Shown here: positions 25,482 to 31,652 of the stretch, piece by piece | Layout: each line of letters begins with the position of its first letter | Numbering within the stretch: position 1 is the stretch's first letter | Origin: Nanoarchaeum equitans Kin4-M | GTDB lineage: Archaea > Nanobdellota > Nanobdellia > Nanobdellales > Nanoarchaeaceae | DNA length: 32,000 bases | Reading direction: 5' to 3' | Assembly (NCBI GenBank): GCA_000008085.1 | Contig: AE017199.1 | Coordinates: 458,886-490,885 of the forward strand | Translations under genes and position numbers: made by a program | Notes under the pieces: generated by a model | What the model was told of the DNA's origin: nothing | The model's input: the letters and a program-made list of their open reading frames with translations, nothing else | Databases searched by the model: none

Positions 25482-26618
25482 ATCTTTTTGTATTAGCTCT
25501 ATAACTTTTTCTATTTCAAAGCCCTTTTCTTCCATAATTTTGAAAACCCTTCTTAACAATATTCTAATATTATAACCTCCCCCCGTATTAGATGGGAGCA
25601 TTCCATCTTTTATCGCTAAATAAACACTTCTCAAATGGTCTGCTACTATATACATTTTAGCATATTCTTCCCAGGCTTTTAATACATAGTCCAAATCGAA
25701 TCCAAAGTTTTCGGCATATTCTTTTGCCACATTAATTATATCGTCCTTACTTTCTATTTTATATCCCAAATAATAAATATCTTTGATTTCCCTATCTAAA
25801 TCGAAATAATTTCTCAAATATTTCAAACTATTTGGAAAAGTAACTTCATAAGCGTTTATAGAACCATTTAGAGCCCAAACTATTCTTTCATGACCCGCAC
25901 CCATATCTAAAACTCTTATATTCTCCATAGGAATTAGTTTATTATCTATTACTTTGTAAACCATATATACTTGGTTGGCCAACTCTAAACCGGTATAGAA
26001 TATCTCTAATGAAGGGCCCGCATTACCTCCGCCAGCCCAAGCATCTTCATGTATAACCAATTGGTTATCCTTGAAACCTAAATAATTAAAATAATCTAAC
26101 AAATCTCTTAAATATTTGTAAGGATTATAATTTTCGGGTTTTTCAAAAGCATGTTGGCCAATCATTATAAAGCTAGTAAAATGTCTCCCACTATAGCCAA
26201 CCAAGGGTAAATCATCAAACCTTAAACAGTATTGGGGGATTATTATTCTATTTGCTATAGGCTCTATTTCTCCATTAACTATGTGGGGTTGGAAATCAAC
26301 TATAGAGGCAATAACAAAATCTAAATCATCTCTCCATCTCGCTACGACAGGATAACTATTTAATGGAACATACCCTCTTTCGCTGAAAAATTTTTTAGTT
26401 AAATCCCATAGTTTTTTATATTCTATCGGTTTTATTGGTTTGCCTATAAAAGAATATGGCTCATGGTCTGCACATGTTTCTCTATTCTCTATAGACCAAA
26501 AATACCTTTTACATATTTTGCATTGTTTTCTTTTGAAACCCCTTTCATTTAGAGCAGCAATAGGATAAACCTTTTCAGGATTTTTAGAAGCAATATTTAT
26601 TATTTGCTCTTTAACCAT
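25473..26618 (-). CDS. alaS: Alanyl-tRNA synthetase, N-terminal (catalytic) half encoded as a separate gene
   Basis: Archaeal AlaRS N-terminal motifs: GFKRKQCKICKRYFWS...CADHEPYSFIG, ARWRDDLDFVIASIVDFQP, LEIFYTGLELANQVYM, LPSNTGGGYNIRILLRR. It ends after 381 aa, whereas archaeal AlaRS is ~900 aa. Confidence 0.9.
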   Translation of the reverse strand: MVKEQIINIASKNPEKVYPIAALNERGFKRKQCKICKRYFWSIENRETCADHEPYSFIGKPIKPIEYKKLWDLTKKFFSERGYVPLNSYPVVARWRDDLDFVIASIVDFQPHIVNGEIEPIANRIIIPQYCLRFDDLPLVGYSGRHFTSFIMIGQHAFEKPENYNPYKYLRDLLDYFNYLGFKDNQLVIHEDAWAGGGNAGPSLEIFYTGLELANQVYMVYKVIDNKLIPMENIRVLDMGAGHERIVWALNGSINAYEVTFPNSLKYLRNYFDLDREIKDIYYLGYKIESKDDIINVAKEYAENFGFDLDYVLKAWEEYAKMYIVADHLRSVYLAIKDGMLPSNTGGGYNIRILLRRVFKIMEEKGFEIEKVIELIQKDLL

Positions 26619-27414
26619 TTAAATTTTTGTCTGTATTATTAAAAAATTCGAGCTTTTTGTTATTATATACAGGGCAGAAATATTTATAATCGCAGTATTG
26701 GCAATATTTTTTATTAGCGATCATCCTTGGGCTGTCTAAGAAAAGTTTGACTTTTTCATATAATTCTAAAAATAACTCTTTATATGGATCTAACTCTACT
26801 TCTATATATCTATCGGTTTTTGTGTAATACAATAAGCCAACATCTATTTTAGTATTATAGTTTTTTTCTAACAATATGGCATAGCCCGCCAATTGGATTT
26901 TATGATATTCTTTATAAGTGCCAGTTTTTATTTCTATTGGTATTAGCCTACCACTTTTGTATTTTTCAAGCCTATCTATTCTTCCAACTAAATCGTTATA
27001 TTTTAGCAAAATCTCACTTTTTATAATTGGATTAATTTTGTTGTAAAATTGTTCTCCGTATTTTTCTATAAAAGACCAAACATAGTTTGCTCTAAATTTG
27101 GCTTCTCTATGGATTATGTCTTTTAGTTCTAAAATATAAGTTTGGGGAGCATTAAATTCTAAAATAGCCCTAACCAAACCCCTATTCGCCATTATTATAT
27201 AGTCTTTTGTAAATCTTTCTAATTCTATAGGTAATTCCAAATCGTTTAAATATTCTTTTTCAAAAGAATCGAACAATTCAAAAGCTCTATGCAATATTTT
27301 GCCCCTTAATAATCGCTTGTTCTCTATTTTTATATTCTTTATTTTCTTTAAATATAACCTAACAGGGCAAATCAAATATTCTATTATATCAGTAACGAAT
27401 ATCATTGCTTGCAA
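26611..27414 (-). CDS. cas4: Cas4-like RecB-family (PD-(D/E)xK) exonuclease with a 4-Cys cluster
   Basis: N-terminal Cys in YLICPVRLYL and C-terminal C-x2-C-x5-C (CQYCDYKYFC). Also GRIDRLE...IPIEIKTG and QLAGYAILLE (QxxxY). Lies 2.3 kb from the CRISPR array. Confidence 0.8.
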   Translation of the reverse strand: MQAMIFVTDIIEYLICPVRLYLKKIKNIKIENKRLLRGKILHRAFELFDSFEKEYLNDLELPIELERFTKDYIIMANRGLVRAILEFNAPQTYILELKDIIHREAKFRANYVWSFIEKYGEQFYNKINPIIKSEILLKYNDLVGRIDRLEKYKSGRLIPIEIKTGTYKEYHKIQLAGYAILLEKNYNTKIDVGLLYYTKTDRYIEVELDPYKELFLELYEKVKLFLDSPRMIANKKYCQYCDYKYFCPVYNNKKLEFFNNTDKNLNG

Positions 27415-27426
27415 ATTAATGTTATT

Positions 27427-27435
27427 TTTAAATAT
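27427..27435 (+). promoter_or_regulatory. TATA-like box upstream of tRNA-Ser(CGA)
   Basis: TTTTAAATA lies 18-26 nt upstream of tRNA +1 (27453). The AT-rich background weakens this call. Confidence 0.35.
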
Positions 27436-27452
27436 GGTTTAATATTTAGATT

Positions 27453-27537
27453 GCCGCCGTGCCCGAGCGGCCCAAGGGGGAGGGCTCGAGACCCTCTCCC
27501 CGCCAAGGGGGCGGGGGTTCGAATCCCCCCGGCGGCG
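27453..27537 (+). tRNA. tRNA-Ser (anticodon CGA), class II
   Basis: Hand-folded. Acceptor GCCGCCG/CGGCGGC, anticodon stem GAGGG/CCCTC, loop CTCGAGA, long variable arm TCCCCGCCAAGGGGGC, T arm GGGGG-TTCGAAT-CCCCC, discriminator G. Confidence 0.9.
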
Positions 27538-28077
27538 TTATTGGATAAACAACCACTTTTCCGCTTTAACAACAAAATCTGCAGAAATTGTTATTTTTAC
27601 ACTATCTTTAGAAGTTTTGATTATATATGTGTTTTGTTCTCCAACAACTTTTTGTACTGTTATACTTGGATCATTAGGATTAATTTTTATGTTTTTCAAT
27701 TCAGCTAGCCCATTTACAGTTATTTTAATACCATTAGGAATAATGGTTGCATCCTGTATATAGATAATACCTTTCTTTAGATCATAACTTAGTTTTTTGT
27801 TTTGCCTATCTATTATAAATGTAAATTCCCTATTTGCTTTCCCTTCTACTATTGCAACTATAGGAAATTTAAATGGAAAATCAAAAGCGATATCGGATAA
27901 ACTAACTTTATAATTAACCTTATCTTCTTTAGTACTAGTTATAACGTTAAGAGAGTCGGATATATAATAAAAGGGGTTAACCAATTTTATTGTATAACTA
28001 GTTGCATATTCAGGTTTTTTGAATTGGGCTAGAACATACAAAATAGATTGCTTAAACCCTGCTAATAATTCTAGCAT
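27538..28077 (-). CDS. Hypothetical beta-rich protein
   Basis: 179-aa ORF with no recognisable motif. Its stop codon directly abuts the 3' end of tRNA-Ser(CGA). Confidence 0.5.
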   Translation of the reverse strand: MLELLAGFKQSILYVLAQFKKPEYATSYTIKLVNPFYYISDSLNVITSTKEDKVNYKVSLSDIAFDFPFKFPIVAIVEGKANREFTFIIDRQNKKLSYDLKKGIIYIQDATIIPNGIKITVNGLAELKNIKINPNDPSITVQKVVGEQNTYIIKTSKDSVKITISADFVVKAEKWLFIQ

Positions 28078-28095
28078 AAAAACTAATATATAAAA

Positions 28096-28103
28096 TTTTT
28101 AAA
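28096..28103 (+). promoter_or_regulatory. TATA box for the tRNA 3'-half transcript
   Basis: TTTTTAAA lies 20-27 nt upstream of the first G of the GC-rich leader (28123). Confidence 0.45.
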
Positions 28104-28122
28104 GCTCTACAACAATATACTC

Positions 28123-28179
28123 GGCCGGGGCAGTGGGAGGAAAATCCCCGTGACCCGGGTTCAAATCCCGGCGGGGGCA
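28123..28179 (+). tRNA. tRNA 3' half gene (GC-rich leader plus positions 38-73), probably tRNA-Glu
   Basis: A-TCCCC-GTGAC-CCGGG-TTCAAAT-CCCGG-CGGGGGC-A reads as the 3' anticodon stem, variable loop, T arm, 3' acceptor strand and discriminator. No matching 5' acceptor strand or D arm lies upstream. It is preceded by GGCCGGGGCAGTGGGAGGAAA. GUGACCCGGGUUCAAAUCCCGG is typical of archaeal tRNA-Glu. Confidence 0.75.
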
Positions 28180-28342
28180 TTTATGATTTGATCTATTATC
28201 TTTATTATTATCGATGTTTATATATTTTTGAATTATTTAAGATACCTCTTCATCCAATTTTTACCTAGCTCTATTTCGAGAACATAACTATTGCATAGCT
28301 TTTAATACATGGATAAAATATCTATTTGAGGAGTAGTTTGGA

Positions 28343-28362
28343 ATTTCTAATATATTAGAAAT
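28343..28362. repeat. Isolated copy of the palindromic CRISPR-repeat core
   Basis: ATTTCTAATATATTAGAAAT is a perfect 20-bp palindrome that contains the 18-bp core of the array repeat. It lies 1.4 kb from the array. Confidence 0.7.
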
Positions 28363-28548
28363 CCTATAAATTGTGGGAATGAGTAAACTCTCAATATCTT
28401 TTATTACAAAAAATTACAAATAATTTGAATTACTTAATCTCTCTAATAGTTTGTTTTATGACTGGAATGCGGTTTGTTTCCTTCTAATTCCTACCTATAA
28501 GCTATTTTATATTAGAACTTTTGGATAACGAAAGCTTAAATAAATATA

Positions 28549-28605
28549 GGGAGGCCCCCGGAGTAGCCCACTCCCAGGTGGGTGGGGGCGATGACACGGG
28601 GGCGC
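28549..28605 (+). repeat. GC-rich structured element A (paralog of element B, inverted)
   Basis: GCCCCCGGAGTAGCCCACTCCCAGGTGGGTGGGGGCGATGACACGGGGGC. A 7-bp terminal clamp GCCCCCG/CGGGGGC and an internal hairpin GGAGT/ACTCC. The transcribed strand, if any, is unknown. Confidence 0.6.
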
Positions 28606-28628
28606 TATTTTCTTTATATTTACAATTA
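28604..28628 (-). promoter_or_regulatory. Second copy of the motif that flanks the CRISPR array (leader-like)
   Basis: GCTATTTTCTTTATATTTACAATTA matches GCTATT...CCCTTATATTTACAATTA at 31660-31693, with a 15-nt identical core TTATATTTACAATTA. Read on the minus strand it gives TAAATATAA, which is TATA-like. Confidence 0.4.
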
Positions 28629-28723
28629 GCTTTCTTAAAATGTTCACTATGCTATTATTTTCAAGGATTTAAGCATTTAGTGTTAATGTACTAGAAACCT
28701 TGCATAAGGTTGTTATACAAAAA

Positions 28724-28746
28724 GTTAACATTTTTAATATGTTAAC
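28724..28746 (+). promoter_or_regulatory. Inverted repeat enclosing a TATA-like box upstream of element C
   Basis: GTTAACAT-TTTTAAT-ATGTTAAC is a perfect 8-bp inverted repeat. The TATA-like centre lies ~25 nt upstream of the GC-rich element starting at ~28760. Confidence 0.4.
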
Positions 28747-28759
28747 TTAATAAAATAAA

Positions 28760-28846
28760 CACGGCACCCAACAACAACGGGGGCGAGGTTCGGTTCCCGA
28801 TGATCCCCGTGAGGATGAGGGAGCCGTGAGCGGTCACTTCTTTTTT
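28760..28846 (+). ncRNA. Candidate structured small RNA (element C), family unassigned
   Basis: A GC-rich island in AT-rich DNA. Outer stem CACGGCACCC/GGGAGCCGTG (28760-69/28819-28), inner stem CGGGG/CCCCG (28778-82/28805-09), followed by TTCTTTTTT. A promoter-like box sits upstream. Confidence 0.5.
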
Positions 28847-28934
28847 ATGATTTTTCTAATTATTTCAATTCTTCTTGTTGGATTTCTAAATAAATCTCTT
28901 ATTCTTCTAAATAAGTTGGCCAAGTTATCTGCAA

Positions 28935-29399
28935 CTAGGTCAATCTTTTAATGTTGGGATCTCTAACTTTTCCCTCTTTTATTATATCTACATTGAAGAA
29001 GATCTGCTTAAATTTATGAAAAATGTTATCATCTACAACTATCAATTGGCTTTCATTTTTTATCAACTCTTCATACTCGGCTAGCAATTTATCTAAGTTT
29101 GTAGAATAATCTACGACCCTAAAAATGCTATTATCAAACTTTTCAGCAAATTTTTTAAGGTAGTCTCTCTTTTTCCAGTCTTCTTTTATTTCTTTTATAT
29201 GCTTTAATGTGGGAAACTTTTGTTTTAATAGAGATAGCTTGCTTTTTTCTATTGATATGATTGCATAAACTCCTCTTTCGAAATATTTTCTTTGATTGAT
29301 TGGGATGGTAGAAAAATTGGTTTTTGATCAATCTATTGCGGTTATTGGGGTTAAGTCTTTGTTATTTTGTTTCTTGCTTATTCTGTTGTTTTTTCCCAT
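28935..29399 (-). pseudogene. Interrupted ORF: 154 sense codons with a single in-frame TGA at codon 24
   Basis: ATG 29399-29397, in-frame TGA 29330-29328, then 130 open codons to TAG 28937-28935. The downstream part has no ATG or GTG, which explains its absence from the ORF track. TATA-like GTTTTATTAAAAT (29433-29421) lies upstream. Confidence 0.6.
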
Positions 29400-29499
29400 T
29401 CCTTAAGCTATCTTTGTGGGATTTTAATAAAACGTGTGGTAGAGACCTATTAAAATAACTAATATAACAAATAAAATGAGTCAAAATCGCAAGGGATAT

Positions 29500-29522
29500 A
29501 ATATTTCTAATATATTAGAAAC
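29500..29522 (-). repeat. Orphan truncated CRISPR repeat (23 of 28 nt)
   Basis: AATATTTCTAATATATTAGAAAC is identical to repeat positions 6-28. It has the same orientation as the array and directly abuts element B. Confidence 0.8.
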
Positions 29523-29574
29523 TCTTGCCCCCTATTTCATCGCCCCCCCATTGAGGGAGCCCGCTCCGGGGGGT
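29523..29574 (-). repeat. GC-rich structured element B (paralog of element A, inverted)
   Basis: The minus strand reads CCCCCCGGAGCGGGCTCCCTCAATGGGGGGGCGATGAAATAGGGGGC. It shares the ordered blocks CCCCCGGAG / CTCCC / GGGGGCGATGA / GGGGGC with element A. Confidence 0.6.
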
Positions 29575-29675
29575 TATATTATTACTCAATAATCTCCAAT
29601 ATATTTTTAAATCTTTATGCCTTATCAAAAAGTTTTTTATAAATATATTATCATATAATATTTTATGATAACCCA

Positions 29676-29711
29676 CTTCCAACATTTCTAATATACTAAT
29701 ATTCTAGAAAC
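29676..29711 (-). repeat. Degenerate terminal CRISPR repeat
   Basis: CTTCCAACATTTCTAATATACTAATATTCTAGAAAC equals the canonical repeat with 3 substitutions and an 8-nt internal duplication. One 39-nt spacer separates it from the first canonical repeat. Confidence 0.8.
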
Positions 29712-29750
29712 AGTATTTTTGTGTCTCGTCCAGGAATAACCATGTTTCAT

Positions 29751-31652
29751 CTTTCAATATTTCTAATATATTAGAAACACTACAGTGTAATTTGGTCAGC
29801 AGGCGTCGGTTGGCTATAACTTTCAATATTTCTAATATATTAGAAACTAGCGACAATATCTTCTTCTCTCGTGTATCTCGGGAATCTTTCAATATTTCTA
29901 ATATATTAGAAACTATAGACCGCCATTGCGTATATGCTTAATTCCTTATCCGCCTTTCAATATTTCTAATATATTAGAAACGAGAAACAATTAAGCTATT
30001 ATCAATAACATTCACAGCAACCTTTCAATATTTCTAATATATTAGAAACTGGAGGACAACGAAAGGTTTTTAAAGGAACAGGGCGAGAATGTGGACTTTC
30101 AATATTTCTAATATATTAGAAACGTGGTTGGGAGGGAGCCGAAGGGTCCGAAGGGTTCGAATCTTTCAATATTTCTAATATATTAGAAACATGTTGTGTT
30201 CTATTGCCACGGATGTATCTGCTATTATGTCTTTCAATATTTCTAATATATTAGAAACTTGATAAATTCTTTGAAGTTATATGTAATTATCACTCTATCT
30301 TTCAATATTTCTAATATATTAGAAACATTTTCAAAGACTCTAAAAATCTGGGGGAAATGAAATTGGCTTTCAATATTTCTAATATATTAGAAACTATATG
30401 AATTGTCTAGGTACTTTTGTGTCTCATCCAAAAATAACCATGTTTCGTTCGAATTTCTGTCTTTCAATATTTCTAATATATTAGAAACCACATTTATGTA
30501 TATTATATAATACTTTAAAAGTCTAACAGCTTTCAATATTTCTAATATATTAGAAACGATCACATACAGGAATTGCTGAAGAAATTGTTACAGGAAAAGC
30601 TTTCAATATTTCTAATATATTAGAAACATGATAAGATGTTTGCTCAAAAAGCCAAATGCTTTTACACACTTTCAATATTTCTAATATATTAGAAACCATC
30701 ATATTTAAAGAGTTTGAGAACACGATACATTTCTTTCAATATTTCTAATATATTAGAAACGTGGGTCAATTTAAAGGATATTTCACAAATGTAGAGTTAG
30801 AAACTTTCAATATTTCTAATATATTAGAAACATCCTATCAATTCTGGAATCTGATGCTGGATCAAATATAACTTTCAATATTTCTAATATATTAGAAACT
30901 TCAGGACAAGAACAATGTAAAATAACTCAATTTAACATACTTTCAATATTTCTAATATATTAGAAACTCATTCTTAGATAAACAAGATATAGTATTTAGA
31001 AAGATGCTTTCAATATTTCTAATATATTAGAAACATGGCGGAACATTACAATTGAAGATAGATAATAAGAGTAACTTTCAATATTTCTAATATATTAGAA
31101 ACATCATTTCTTGTTGTCTCTGAAGCCAAAGAATCTGTAGAGCTTTCAATATTTCTAATATATTAGAAACCAGTCTTAACTATAATGCATGTTATTTGCC
31201 TAACTGATAACTTTCAATATTTCTAATATATTAGAAACATTGCAGTTTATACTGAAGATCCTTCTTAATTCTAGTTACTTTCAATATTTCTAATATATTA
31301 GAAACACAGCTAAACATTTATAAATAATTATATTATTATTATCCATACTTTCAATATTTCTAATATATTAGAAACTTACATTATCCCTAATTACTATTCT
31401 TACTATCGAATTGTACTTTCAATATTTCTAATATATTAGAAACTGTTACAAATGTGTATACTACCAATATCAATGCAAATCAACTTTCAATATTTCTAAT
31501 ATATTAGAAACTGTTAATGATTATATGCTGAGTTGTTAATAATGTTGTCCTCTTTCAATATTTCTAATATATTAGAAACTTAATCCCGTTCAAAGTAGCA
31601 CTTGAATCCAATAGTGAACTCTTTCTTTCAATATTTCTAATATATTAGAAAC
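29751..31652 (-). CRISPR. CRISPR array: 28 identical 28-nt repeats, 27 spacers (36-66 nt, mostly 40)
   Basis: Plus-strand repeat is CTTTCAATATTTCTAATATATTAGAAAC. Repeat starts: 29751, 29820, 29886, 29954, 30022, 30096, 30163, 30231, 30299, 30367, 30461, 30530, 30600, 30669, 30733, 30804, 30872, 30940, 31007, 31075, 31143, 31211, 31278, 31348, 31416, 31484, 31552, 31625. The minus-strand reading GTTTCTAATATATTAGAAATATTGAAAG ends in the canonical ATTGAAAG handle. Confidence 0.97.

Noticed and set aside
27409-27708. 99-aa plus-strand ORF from the track
   Set aside because: It runs through tRNA-Ser(CGA) and then lies antisense to the 179-aa minus-strand gene. Its composition is an artefact of the tRNA sequence.
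28549-28605. Element A as the missing tRNA 5' half (or a tRNA pseudogene)
   Set aside because: It starts with GCCCCCG, the strand complementary to the 3' half acceptor. It also contains CCCACTCCCAGG, which loosely resembles the complement of the 3'-half leader (CCCACTGCCCCGG). However, it has no foldable D arm or anticodon stem-loop, and the leader complement is imperfect with a gap. Real halves need 12-14 perfect pairs.
29328-29330. In-frame TGA as selenocysteine or another programmed recoding event
   Set aside because: I could find no SECIS-like hairpin downstream, and there is no evidence for Sec machinery in the window. A pseudogene or a sequencing error is the simpler explanation.
28549-29574. 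Elements A, B and C as box C/D or H/ACA sRNAs
   Set aside because: They contain GAUGA-type strings. None has a canonical C box (RUGAUGA) near the 5' end paired with a D box (CUGA) near the 3' end. C has no ACA after its basal stem, and the bulge polarity around the GA dinucleotides does not fit a standard k-turn.
28545-29580. Target-site duplication (TATA) flanking the A/B inverted pair as proof of transposition
   Set aside because: The 4-nt match lies in an AT-rich context where it is expected by chance, and no transposase-like gene is inside. The mobile-element idea is kept only as a hypothesis.
29704-29892. 62-aa minus-strand ORF from the track
   Set aside because: It lies inside the CRISPR array and translates repeats (the recurring SNILEILK peptide).
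30124-30162. Spacer 6 as a self-targeting spacer against elements B or C
   Set aside because: Identity is limited to a 9-10-nt GC-rich core (GAGGGAGCC[G]), which is far too short for interference. It is recorded only as a compositional or family resemblance.
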